A stretch of 64,000 bases of DNA from the human T2T-CHM13v2.0 reference genome, Homo sapiens (GCF_009914755.1 NC_060935.1); one strand, 5' to 3'; counted from the stretch's first letter, positions 14,176 through 34,942 are shown. The notes: generated from the letters alone by a model not told the origin. Translations and numbers: made by a program.

Positions 14176-14662
14176 TGTAGCAGGGTGAGCCGCAGACAAA
14201 ACTCCTTAGACACCAAGTTAAAGAAGGAAGGAGTTTATTTGGCCGGGAGCATCGGCAAGACTCCTGTCTCAAGAGCCGAACTCCCCAAGTGAGCAATTCC
14301 TATCCCTTTTAAGGGCTCACAACTCTACGGGGGTCTGTGTGAGAGGGTCGTGATCAATTGAGCAAGCAGGGGGTACATGACAGGGGCTGCATGCACCAGT
14401 GGTCAGAGTGAAACAGAACAGACTGGGAAGTTTCACAATGTCTTTCTATAATCTATATATAACATCAGTTGCTAGGTCAGGGGTCGAATTTTAACTACCA
14501 GGCTTAGGTCAGGCAGGCCCAGGCCTGGTTTCGGGTCTGGTTCCCTGGTTTCAGGTCTGGTTCCTAGGCACCAGGCTACCTGCCTTTAGTTTTGCTTCGC
14601 TTTCCTTTTCTGTGTATAAAACAATATAAAACAATATGAGAGGGTCTGTCTCTCTTCTCTCA
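14176..14662 (-). mobile_element. ERV1 solo LTR (HERV-E-related, LTR2/LTR15-like)
   Basis: 487 bp with TG...CA ends. Minus strand begins tgagagaagagagacagaccctctcatattg and ends gtctgcggctcaccctgctaca. Relatively CpG-rich. Confidence 0.85.
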
Positions 14663-15075
14663 AGACTGATCACTCATTATGGTTATTTGTCTTTAGAAAC
14701 TTTAAGCTGTTTGAGGACTGGCAAAGACTAAGTGGATAGTTAGAATTATATAAAATTTAAGTTTTGTGAGGTAAGTAGAAGCAAGACAGAGAGCATGCCA
14801 ACATAGTGAAGCTGTGTGCAAGTAAATGTCTGTAACAATAGTAATTGAAATTAAGCTAAGTAAGAAAGAATGTGGAGACACATGGAGAAATAATGGTTAA
14901 AATTTGCAAGACTGAAGATTCTGGTATTTAACATTGCATCACTTGGACCAATAGGATTTTGTAGTCACAAAGTAGGATTTCTTATGTTATGGTTTTACGG
15001 TGATGTGGTTATTAATAACAAAGTCTATGATAGTAGTTAACAAACTTTTTGGCTTGTGATCCAATATTAGAAACA

Positions 15076-15420
15076 GGATAGTTTGCAAATATTTTCTCCC
15101 ATTCTGTGGGTTGTCTCTTTACTGTGTTGATTGTTTCCTTGGATATGCAGAAGCTTTTTAGCTTGATGTAATCCCATTTGTCCATGTTTGCTTTCTTTGA
15201 CCGTGCTTTTGAGGTCTTACTCAAAAAATCTTTGCCCAGACCGATGTTATCAAGCATTTCCCCAATGTTTTCTTCTACTACTATCATAGTGTCAGGTCTT
15301 AGATTTAAGTCTTTAATCCATTTTGATTTGACATTTGTACACGTACATCACATGTGTCTCACAAATATATACAACTATTGTGTACCCATAATAATTAAAA
15401 ATAGAAATAAAAATAAAGAA
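15076..15420. mobile_element. Short L1MA-type insertion with 5' inversion
   Basis: 15076 to about 15343 is antisense ORF2 (ORF 15012-15287: DKWDYIKLKSFC). About 15345-15420 is the sense 3' end with an A-rich tail. Confidence 0.8.
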
Positions 15421-15933
15421 ATTGAGAACATCCTAAAAGTCTTAGTTTGAAATTGCCATTAGGCTTTTGGAACACTCATATTTTACATTTTTACATTGAG
15501 ACATACTACATAAACATACATATATTTGAATAAAAAATTTTTGAAAACAATTTTAATCCATACTACATTAGAAAATATTAAATATTTTCTATTCTATTCT
15601 GTTTTTAATATGCTTATTATTATATGCCCATTTTCATGACTCATTAAAGGCCAAAACATGTAGTTTGAAAAATAGTGGTTTAGGGTGTGACCATGGGAAC
15701 TGGTGACCAAGACAGGCACATATGAGTTAGAGGAGCCCCAAATTTTGCATAGACAAATGACAAGATTATAAACGGAGGGAGAAAGAGATAAATGCAAACA
15801 GTGAGTGACAGAGGCCTGAAAGTAGGATTCAGATAACTGAAGCAAAGAGAGGAGGTGCATCACCAGCAGGTGGCCATTCGTTTTAAAAAGGTATTTTATC
15901 AGATTACTGGAGAAAAACGATATTCTTTTATTA

Positions 15934-15996
15934 CTGTGTGTGTGTGCATGTATGTGCATGTATGTGTATATATATATGTGTGTGTGTGTTTGTGTA
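15934..15996. repeat. (TG)/(TA) compound microsatellite
   Basis: tgtgtg...catgtatgtg...tatata...tgtgtg. Confidence 0.85.
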
Positions 15997-17619
15997 TCTT
16001 TTTGAAAATTCTATACTTTTTGCATTAATGTATCATTGTTCTCTTAAGTAATATCTGTACCCTCACCGTAAGTGCATATGGAAATACCTAAGCAAAATGC
16101 TTTTCCAGGAGGCAATCTCGTGGATAAAAGTGTGCCTCTAAGATAGGATTCTGGATGTGGTTGGGTGGTTCTTATTTATAGAGAGTGTTTGAACTTATTG
16201 GTCTGCGTTTTACAAAGACATGATTTCTAAAAGGATACTTTAAGAATAGGGTGTTACAATACTTTTGCTCATGAAAAGAATGTACTAGAAATTGAAATAT
16301 TTCAAACAAAATGATAGGAAATGTTAATTTTTAAAATTCCCATCTATAAGCACATTGTGTTCATTACTAATATGTTTTGGATTTATTTTTATTTGGTTAT
16401 CCATAGTATTTTACTGAATTTAAAAAAATACAGCCAGTCTCAATTGTCCTGAAGGAGATTATCTGAACGGCATTTATTTTATTACATGTTAAGTTCAGAG
16501 AGGGCAAGAGGGAGCAGCCTTGCCTTTTGAGTCTGATTTTGATGATGATACCAAGGTCAAGAAAACCTGAAAAAGAGTTAAAGAAACACGAGGACAAATT
16601 TTAACAGATTTTTCTCAACTGATTTCCTGTACTAATTTAGCTATTCTGGATTTTATTTTATTTAAGAAACAGAGCGTTTTCTAACACCGATGAGTCTAAA
16701 GCCTGTAATGATAACATAATTATCTGGAATAAATTTCATAGACAAATGGAGGAAATCTGTGAAATCACTTAAGTAAAACCTTTTTATTGGGAACTTTTTA
16801 TGTGTCAGGCATTATGCAAGGTACTCTTAGAATGCACATTTAAGATAAATAAATAAATAAATAAATAAAACTGTCCCACAATTCAAAACTCTTAAAGACT
16901 CATCAAGATAAATAAGCATTATTTATAAGACAAGCAATGCATATATTTATACGCCTATTTGTGATGTCTCCCCTAAATTAGATTCATAAAATGAATGCTT
17001 GTGAGAGTGATTTAAGTGTTAAAGTTACTTGGAGGATGCTGTTTTATTAACCAAATAATACTCCATTTCATTAATAATTAAATAAATATTTTTCTCTCCT
17101 CATAATGGCACCATTTCTAAAGAAGGAAAACTTTAATCTGAAAAACTGGTAATGATAGAGAAATGTAGCTTACAAATAAATATATGAGATAAAGAATATA
17201 TCTCACAAATATATGAGATAAAGAATATTAATAAATTTTAAAAAGTGAGATATAAAAATGAGATTTAAAGAAAAGTAGAAAGAAAGTCTTGGGATTGTTA
17301 GCCACGGTAAGTCTATTTTCTTCATTGACACTTGGCATCTTCCGTCTGTTGTAGATGAATGCAGCTGCAACTCTCTGCCAACTATAATTTGTACCCTATC
17401 ATGTACCCTAGCAGAGGGTACATGATTGCTACTTCTCCAGCAGAAACAAAGACATCGTGAAGTGTAATTCCATGTTCATGCTGCTTCTTCATTACTATAC
17501 TTTATAAATAATTTATTCATTTTGCTTTATTTTAAACCCTAGGTATTTGAGTATGGCATGACATGTTTTACTCTAAACTACCAAAAAGTACTTATAATAG
17601 ACACACCAACCAAAAATAA

Positions 17620-17860
17620 TTATGATAATAATAATAATAATAAATTTAAAAGGCAGTATTTACTTAGTGTTTATTACTATGTGCCAGACACAGCATTTTG
17701 ATGTATTACTTATGTAATATAGTAACCTATAAAATATCCATTATTATATAGGTTAATATAGTAACCTATAAAATATCCACCATTTTATGGGCAAAGAAAT
17801 TGAGACTTAGATAAATTAAATACCATGCCAAAAATTACATACTAGTGTATTGTAGGTTAA
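17620..17860 (-). mobile_element. MIR with flanking (TAA)n
   Basis: tatttacttagtg...tatgtgccagacac...aagaaattgagacttag. Confidence 0.7.
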
Positions 17861-18566
17861 ATACAGGGTTTCTATCATTGTTTTAAGGGATAAGGGGTAT
17901 TGTGATGTTATAATTTATTTTTCTCCAAGGAAACAAAGAGAAGGTTGATGAAAAGACTGAAAATCACAGGATATATTTCTCTATTTGTCCAAGTATTTGA
18001 ATCACAATAAGAAAAAATCATGACACAAATGATTTCAAGAAAAAACTGTGACCAATCACTGATAAACTCTCCATATTGTTTTTGCTTTTAAGCCTGGCAA
18101 TAGTATCTAAAAGTATCAAGAAATTTGGATCAAAGCTTTCAGATACTTTAGAGGCAAGCATAAAAAAATATTAATTAGTTAACTATGAAATGATTTCTGG
18201 AAGATTTCAAATCCTGAAAGAATATCTCAAGAAATCTTTAAATATGGTAACATACCTAACAATTGGAAATATCAATCGAATTGTCTTTGAAGACTGATAT
18301 TATATGGGTATTTTCTACTCAGTACATAAAACAGACATCACATATTACAATTACTGTATTTGTGTAAGGAAATGAAAACATAAATTTAAGCTCTACATTG
18401 AAATTCTATTTTATAATGCTGTGTCAAAGTTCTAGTTTATTCGGTGTAATTTTACATTAGCTTTGGTTGTGGAGGGGTTTTTCTTCTTGTTTCTTCCTAT
18501 CCAGGCAGATATATTTTTCTTTTATTCTCAACCTCATGTTCTGAGACCAAGACTTTATAGATAGAT

Positions 18567-18607
18567 ACACACACACACACGGACACACACACACACACGC
18601 ACACACA
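18567..18607. repeat. (CA)n microsatellite, interrupted
   Basis: Direct reading. Confidence 0.9.
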
Positions 18608-19019
18608 TTTATGTGTTCTCCACATTCGATAACAGTTTTGGGTTCAAAACAGAGAAAATAAATTTGAAAGTATCTAATTTTATTTCTCTAGGGAATGAGT
18701 ATCTTAGATGAAGTATCATAAAATAGACTGGTTTTGGTGGTAGCTTGATGATACAGGAAAGCATGAAAAATATAACATGAGAGACATATGAACAAATTTT
18801 CAGTAAGTCCACTGAATCATGTTGTATAGGATTTTCAAACAATTTGTTTTGTTTCGCAGGGTAGTCAAGAAGTTTCTATATATCCGTGAGAGATTCAAGG
18901 TCAAGATCCATGCTTTGGTTTACAAATCTCTCTGTTGACTCTGTCTAAGAGCACTCATAATGCATTAGGATCTATTTAGTTGCCTGACTTCACCCATAGA
19001 CTGAATGTCTAGAAAACAC

Positions 19020-20270
19020 CCCAACTTCTGGCAACTGCTGTTCTTTTTATTATTCTATAACTTTGCCTTTTCCAGACTGTCTTATAAAGGAAATACAATA
19101 TCTTGCTTTTTCACATCACTTTACTTATAAGTATTTATGATTCATGTATAATTTTGCAGTGGCTTGACAGCTCACTCTTTTTCATTGCTGAATAATTATC
19201 TGTTGTAAGAATGTACCACAATGTGTTCACCCAGTTACCTATTGAAGGATTCTGATTGTTTTCAATTGGGGGCAATTATGAATAAAGCTGCTATAAATAT
19301 TTATAGGAAAGCTTTTTGGTTGACTTACATTTTCAAATAAGTTGGATAAATATCTAAGGACTTCATTGCTGGATTGTATGGTAAGATTATGTCTAGCTTT
19401 ATAAGAAATTATAAAAATGTCTTCCAAAGTGATTGTACCATTCCGCATTCCCACTAGTAATGAACAAGTGTTCTTATTACTCTGCATCCTTGCCAGTAAT
19501 TAATATTGTGTGTCTTGGATTTTTGCTATTCTAATAGATATTTAGTGGCGTCTTATTGTAGCTTTACTTGATACAAGATAACCTTGATGTCTGCATAATA
19601 TTCCCTTTTGTTGATATGAAATAAGACTAAAGTATTTAACTTGGTTTTATAGGTTTATAATTTTATTTTTTAAAAATTTAAGTAATATTATGGTAAACAT
19701 TCTTCAAATAAATCTGTGTGTATAATTCTGATGATTTCCTTAGAAATCATCATTTTCCTGTTGTTTTTAAAAGAGTCTTTCATGTATTTCGGATGCCAGT
19801 CCTTTAGCCCAAATATATTTGTTTTGCAAATATTTTGTCAGTGTAAGGTTTCCTTTTCAGTCTCTTAACCATATATTTTGCTGAAGAGAAGTTTTTAATT
19901 TTAATGAAGTCCAATTTATCAGTTTTTTTCATGGATTATGCTTTTGGTGTTTTATTAGCCATCATATTTTACTCACCCAGTCACCTGTCATTGGCATTTG
20001 AGTGGGGTTGGTTTCATATATTGCCATCATAAACAATTATACAAAAAATCTGTATGCATATCTTATTTCTCATGTGTGTAAGTATAGTTATAGGATAAAT
20101 TTTCAAAAGTTGTTGATGTAATAGCTGATTAAAAAATATTTTAACTTTTGATATACATTACCAAATTTTCCTTTCTAATATTTGATCCAACTCACAATTT
20201 TATCAACAGCATACAGAATTGTCTGTTTTCCCACAAACATTGTCAAACTTTTAGATTTTATAGATAAATA
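19020..20270 (-). mobile_element. Old L1M fragments
   Basis: Antisense L1 3' motifs (ttccaaagtgattgtaccatt...cattcccactag; gtttttaattttaatgaagtccaattt). Confidence 0.8.
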
Positions 20271-21189
20271 GTCAAAAACAAATGACCAAAACCATAGTTT
20301 AGAATTTATGAATGAATGTGTGAATCTTGAGTTTCTCACCTAAAGGGAGTTTTTGATGTATTTTTATTCAATTGCTTCCATATGCATAAGAGAAAAGTCT
20401 TGCTATCTGAGCCAGACATTTCACTGTACTGCAAACATATGCATTGTTTCAGGAATGTAGACCAAGGAAAAGCAAAAGAAATATTCAGGCCTGGGGGAAA
20501 GGTATTATGCTGCAAACATTGCTAAATGTGAAAAAAGGGGAAATTTAATTTACAAATTAATTAAACAAATTATTATTTTTTAAAAGCATCAGCAATATCA
20601 GACTTGACAAAAAAATTACCAAAGATAATGAAAGATATGAAACTGACCAGAAATAAGATTGCCATCATTTTCCCAAAAGTCCACATAACCAACAGATCAT
20701 ATTCACATTACAGGGTAGTTCTCAGAGATCATATTCTTTATGTATAAAATGTGGAAAATAACATAATAACATAATCTACTACCTAAGGTAATAACATGCA
20801 AACCCACTTTATAAACTGTTAAACACCACAAAATGTGAGTTACTATGAGGAAACTATGAGGGAGGTGGTAGAGCTACTAAAGAAAAATTCTGATTAAGTC
20901 TAGATGCTTTTCAAATTAGAACACAATTGAATAAAATGGAATAGGAAGCTATTTTGTGATGCTATGTAAGAGGAAAGGAGATAAAGAAAATAGAAATTTA
21001 TTGAATACCTACCATATACAAGACAGCGTGTTGATGGCTTACATAGATTTTATTTAAACTTAAAAATAAACTGATACTTATATGACACCTACATTAAACA
21101 TACTTTTTAATGAAAGCTTAGCATTGTGAGCAGTAAAACACATATATATTATGTGGTCATGAGTTTTATAAGGAACTTAGGTTCACAAC

Positions 21190-26500
<5,311 letters not shown>

Positions 26501-27866
26501 CCTGAGGTTCAGATAAATTCAACTTATTCCACTTTTTCCATCTAGTGGATAGTGGCGGTAGAATGAGTACAGAACTCTCTCATTCTAAACTATATAGTCT
26601 TCTCAATACACTTTGCAAGAGTGGTTCCATATCTCCAAACATGTCTCCTATTGGCGTCACACAAAGTTTGAATGGTTGCAACTAATTATCTTTTAGGCTA
26701 AGCACTTAACATTTTCTGTCAAAATTTATTCTTATTAAAATCTGTTCAATTATTAATGCATTTAATAATATAATTGAAGAAATTCATAGGCGGCTTACAA
26801 TGTGCTAGGTACTGAAGATAAAAGAATGGGGGGTCTTTTTCCTCAAATAATAAGTCTAGGTAATGACTAGGAAAGCTGCACCAGGAGATAATAAAATAGA
26901 GTTTGGGCACATACCAAAGGTTGGGTGAAAATCTAAGAAGTTTGGCTTCAGACTGCAATGCAACACAGAGCTGCTGGAATTAGAAGCATTTGAGGCAAGA
27001 GTCCTTTCTATCGCTTTTTATTTTCATCATATAGATGATTTTCTGTCCCCTATGTGTAGAGCTTACCCCCTTATAAGCACCAGTTATTGGTTCAGTGTTA
27101 TTTCCTAGGACTGGGGAAAACCTATGAGATTAATCTTTCATAGTTCACCTTCTTCTAGAAATGATTCTTGCCTGGTGCTTTTTTAACCCTGTTATTTTGC
27201 TCAATGTTCAAACTTTCAATCAGAAAAAGTTATAATAAATTCCTTTATCCTTAAGGCTTAACATTTTACTTTCCCCAGAAATATTTTATTTTCAAAAAGA
27301 CATGAAAAGCCTTGGAGCGAAAGATATTAATTTCTCACTGTACAGTGTAAGATGTGTTGAATCAGGTACAGAAACAAGGTATTCAGGACTATCTCAGCCT
27401 CTCTTTCCATTTCTAGTCTCTGTTTTCTTTGGTATTAGCTTCTTTCTTTCACAGATTCTCATGTGAAAGATCTCTCACCACAAGTCCAGTCTTACCTACT
27501 TCCTAAATTTTACTGTCTCCAAAAGAGAGAGACTGTCTCCCAATAATAATGTTCATCCCTGCAAAAGGACCCACATTGGCCTTTCTTGAGTCATCAACCT
27601 GCCCATCTATTGTGGTAGAGGTAGAGCCTCTTAAAGAGGATTTAAAAAGATATCAAGAGTGACATACTCAAAACAATGCCTCACAAGTGATCTGTTAGGA
27701 AATGTTAATTCTCAGTATTAATTATATTTTGGATGAGAACCTCTATGGGTCACTTAGAGATAATCATAAAAATTTAGAATAAGCAGAATCCAGAATTCAC
27801 ATCAGAATAGAGGAATAGAGGAAGAAGTATTCCAGAATATGTAGTGAATACTAATTTTTTCTTCTT

Positions 27867-28172
<306 letters not shown>

Positions 28173-28334
28173 TTTTTCTTCTTTTTAATAAACAAATCCT
28201 CTTTTACCTAAAAAGCTTTAACATATTGATGGAAATCACTAAATAACAAAAACTAATAAGAAATTAGCAAATATGTTAAGAATGTATTAACCAAAATGTA
28301 ATTTTAAAACAGTAGAAAATATACAATGTGAGGC

Positions 28335-28535
28335 AGGCTTAATTTACTCATAGTAAATATGTTAGGGTTTGCAGGCTATATTGGTCTCTTTCACAACTAT
28401 TCAACCATCATTGTAGTGTGAAGGCAAGCATAGGCAATGCATACACAAATGACTGTGATTGTGTTATAATACACTATTTATAAAAACAAGCAATAGGCTG
28501 GATATTGCCCTTGAGCCATAATTTGCTGACCCCTA
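28335..28535 (+). mobile_element. MER58A-like hAT MITE
   Basis: atagtaaatatgttagggtttgcaggc...gccataatttgctgacccct. Confidence 0.8.
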
Positions 28536-28569
28536 CTATAGGCAGTGATGTTTCATATAACTATGGAGT

Positions 28570-28992
28570 TGTAGATTACTGGAAATACTTCCATAGAACG
28601 TTAGTGTGGTGTTCATTTTTGCTTTTGCAAATTATTCCATTTCTTTTGGGCACCATGGTAGGTTTTATTTCTTTACTCCATTTGAAATAAGGCATGACCA
28701 CTGTGTTTTGCTTTTGTTCGTAAAATGTGAGCAAAAGTGTCATGTGTTCTTTCTGGGTTGAAACCGTAGAAGTCAGGGCATGACTTGCCATGCCCTATTC
28801 ACACCACCGTAGTAAGTTTAGATGCATGTGCTGAGATTGGTCTTCAGAAGCATGTGTGATGGGCAGAGTTTTCTGATGTCCTACTATGGGCACATATTAT
28901 GTATGGGCAACATAATTTTATTTTGTTATTCCACTAGAATTATGAGGTTGCTTCTTTTTTGCAACATAATCTAGTCTTTTCTGAATGGTATC
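28570..28992 (+). mobile_element. Old MLT1 (I/J-like) LTR
   Basis: ggcatgaccactgtgttttgcttttg...gcaacataatctagtcttttctgaat. Confidence 0.6.
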
Positions 28993-29189
28993 TCCAATTC
29001 CATTGGCCCACCGGTTGAGAATCCCTGGTTTTACCTCAGTAAATGATTTCTTAATAGATTTTTAGAGAGAAAGAAATGGATCTATATACTTAAAATTCTT
29101 TAGAGGACTAATCTAAACTTTTCCATGCAAGTGAAATCAATGTGAACTAGTTTGCAGAGGGATTTTTAAATGATACTGAGATATCATGT

Positions 29190-29300
29190 ATCAGTCATTT
29201 CTTCCCTCATTTATTCAAGAAATATTTATTGAGTATACATTATGCCAGGCACTGCTCTAGGCACTAAGTATACACTAGTGAAAAAAAATGTTTACTACAA
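29190..29300 (-). mobile_element. L2 3' end
   Basis: catttattcaagaaatatttattgagt...tatgccaggcactgctctaggcact. Confidence 0.75.
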
Positions 29301-31298
29301 TATTAGAGAGTGAAAGGTGTTAAGAAGAAATGAATATGAATTAGAAAATGGAAATTTATGGAAAGGGGATAATTTGGAGAATATTAAACCACCCAACTAA
29401 AGAGAAAACAGCAGTGTGGATGGGCCTCCAGATGCCTACAACCAGGAACTCAAGTGCTTAGAAAAAGCTCTCTCTGGTTTTTTTCTCTCTCCTTTTGTTT
29501 CTTTCTCCCTTTGTTTCTCTATTCTTCACCCACTTTGCTCCATGTCTCTATCTTGCCTTCATTTCTTGTTTCCTTTTCTGTCAGCTACATGTTCTTTCAC
29601 TATAGGCCAGCTGCTTCACATGGCAGGCAACAGCTTCTAAGAATTGCCAAGTCTTACTTCACTAAAGTTTGTGCCATCAGACAGAGACACAATTTTTATT
29701 GTCAATTTCAGTTTCAAAAATTCTGAGGAAAGATTTTGATTGGTCCAACTTGGGTCTGTTGGCCATCTTTAAATTGACTGTGATTAATGGCTCAGATAAA
29801 TAAGAACATGCCAGCCCTGACCCTGAAGAGGTGTATTGAGAGAGTCAGGGATCAATTTCCTACAGATGAAGGCCCAATATCATAAGTATCCACTAACATA
29901 CTTTAATACATGCTGATATACTAATGCATATTAAACTGAATATATCATTCATTCCACAGTGAAGTTTTGTCTTGACTATTATTTTCCTAATAGTTTAAAA
30001 AATTCTCATTAGATGATTTTCACATTTATGTCCTCAACATTTATGTCCTCACATTATGTCCTCCCTACTTGACAAGAGTGAAGATTCTGTTACCCTGAGT
30101 GGGAAAAACCAGACAAGCATTCTTCTCACAAAATAGTACTTTAACAAAATATATTTCTAAATGTTTATGAAAATGTTAGATTATTTGAGGGAGAACACTT
30201 CTCAATTTCTTAAATCACACCTGTGTAAGTAGTAGTGTCTACCTACAGGACTGTCCTGCCTGCACCTTAGGGTAATTTATCAACATAGAATTCAGTGTCT
30301 AATACTTTCTGGCATAGACACAATATTTAAAAGCATGTATTGCTGAAACTACTCATAAAAGAAAACATTAATAACAAACCCCACAGATTATAACTGCTAT
30401 TTGTTCAATAAAATATGATCATTGGCAAAAATAATTGTAAAGCATTGTTCATTTTCGTTGCTAGGTCTTGGGATTATTAGTGAAATGAAAGAAGTTAAGA
30501 ACAAAAGCAACTCTTGAAAAGTAACTCCTGACTCAATCTCAGACTTATGCTTGAATGTGTGAGTGGAAGAAAAAACTGGTGAGCAATCATTGTGCAAATG
30601 TGGTGCTGCCTGCAGAAATGCTATATATGCAAACCATGTCCCATGCTATGTATATTTGGGAGGGTGAAGGCAAAAGCCTAAGGGAATATTCTTTTGGAAG
30701 TTATATCAAGCCCAAGAACAGACATCTGTCTGTTCTTTAAATCCTCACAAAAAGAAAGAAGTTTAGCCCTGTATGTGGAAATGGAATTCTCGATGGAGTT
30801 GGGTAAGTACAATCAATACTTATAATTAAGGGAGAGCATTTCAGACAGCTGCATCTAGTGTGACACAGTTCCTCGTGATCACAGAGCACTAAGGCAGCCG
30901 CCAAAGCTTCCTATTCCTTGAGGACAGGCAAACTTAGAAGCAAGCTGTTATTGAAAATGAGAGTAAGCTATATTTCTGAAATTCTTAAAGGCTTGAGGAT
31001 GCTTTCGCAAGGAAAAGACAATCCTTTGGAGAAATTTTTGATAGTTGGGTAAAATAAATAGATAATTTTTACTTGTTCAAGTATATTGTAGCTTTACTTA
31101 CTCACTTGTAAACATCTTGGGAACATCATTAAATGGTTGTATTAAGAAAGATAGTTATATGTTAATTTTAAAAAGAAAAAGAAGAGCAATAAGATGGGAT
31201 TTTGGAGAATAATAAGGCTGAAAGACACATCAGCAGCCAGGAAATGGAGGCCCCTAGGTCAAAACAGACACAATTTTTGTTTATTGTGGTGGTGATTA

Positions 31299-31554
<256 letters not shown>

Positions 31555-32209
31555 CTAAGTAATAGGTGATTGTAACTTGACAAATACTTTTTTTTTTTTG
31601 AAAACTGAATCTGAGAAATTACAAAATATCTCCTCTGACCTTTCCACATGCAAACTTGTTTCTCAACCAACTGACTAAGTAGCAATCTATTTGAGATGTC
31701 TCATAGATGCTGGGCATTCTGAACTACGTGATCCAGTAGATGGAAAAGGAATTGACCATCACACAAATTATTTTTAACTAAGATTTCCTATTGTTTCTGA
31801 TTTAGAAGTATGTTTATGATCCTTTTCAAAGCAATGTTGTTTCTCCTTGTTCATTTTTACCTCTTACTCATCTTATTTTTTGTTTTAAATTGGCCATGCA
31901 ATACGAGGGGAAAGAAGATATAAGAAACTTTGATTTGCATCTCAACTCCATTACATACTTATTTACTTGAATGTGGAAAACTCAGTTTACTTTCTGAATC
32001 TATTTTCCCATCAAAAGAAAGGAGGATTTAGATGATGAATAATAACATATCATATAGTACTAAGATAATGATATAATTGGAGTTAAAAAGAAAAACAGAG
32101 CTACATGTTCTGAGTTTCATTAGGAGACTGATATATAGTCTCCTGTGTAGATGAACAAAAAATCCTTTCATTTGTTAAATAGGTAATATAAATTCAGCAT
32201 TTTGTCAAA

Positions 32210-33895
<1,686 letters not shown>

Positions 33896-33899
33896 TTTT

Positions 33900-34200
33900 T
33901 TATCATTTAAAAATTTTATTATGTATTTATTTTAGTAAAATACCCATAACATAGAACTTACCATCTTAACTATTTTATGTGTATAGTTCACTAGCATTAA
34001 AATATTCATAATGTTCTCTAACCATCATCACCATCTATCTTCACTATTCTTTCTTCTTCTAAAACTGAAGCTTTGTACCCATTAAACAATAAATCCCCCA
34101 ACACCCTGCCATTCTCCTGGCTCTTAGAACCAACATTCTACTTTCTGTCTTTATGATTTTGATTAATTGCATCATATGAGTAGAATAATACAGTATTTGT

Positions 34201-34234
<34 letters not shown>

Positions 34235-34942
34235 CTGGTGTATTTCACTTAATGTCCTTAGGGTTCATCCAGGTTGTAGCATATTTCAGAATTTCCTTCC
34301 TTTTAAAATCTAAGTAATGTTTCATTGTATGTATATCTGACATTTTACTTATCTGTTCATCTGTTGACAGGCACTTGAGCTGCTTCCACATTTTAGCTAT
34401 TGTGAATAGTGCTGCTATGAAATGGGTATACAATCATCTCTTTGAGACTTTGCTTTCCCTTCTTCTGTGATATATCCAGAAGTGGAATTCCTGCATCATA
34501 TAATAGTTTTTGAGGAGCTGTCATACTGTTTTCCACAGTAGTTTTACCATTTTACATTCCTACCTACATTGCACAAGGGTTCCAATTTCCAAGCATTCTG
34601 ACCAACATTTGTTATCCTCTATTTGTCTTCTTCTTTTTTTAACAATAGCCATTCTAATGGGTGTGAGGTGGTATCTCTTGTAGTTTTGATTGGAATTTCC
34701 ATAACTATTAGTGATGTTGAGCATTTTTTCATGTACTTATTAGCCATTTATATATCTTCCTTGGAGAAATGCCTATTCAAGTCTTTTGACCTTTTTTTGA
34801 ATCATATTTTTTTTGTAGTTGGGTTTAAGGAATTTTATATATTTTCTAGACTTCAGTCTCTTATCAGATATATAATTTGCAAATATTTCTCTCATTTTGT
34901 GGATTACTTTTTTATTCTGTTATTACTGTCTTTTGATGCATA
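33900..34942 (-). mobile_element. 5'-truncated L1MB-type element with internal (TG)n
   Basis: Antisense L1MB 3' end (aaaatacccataacatagaacttaccatcttaac). ORF 34245-34433 resembles the ORF2 C-terminus. Confidence 0.88.

Noticed and set aside
17300-17312. Isolated consensus plus-strand donors (here and at about 30802) and acceptors (about 18859 and 43450)
   Set aside because: They are unpaired and expected by chance in 64 kb.
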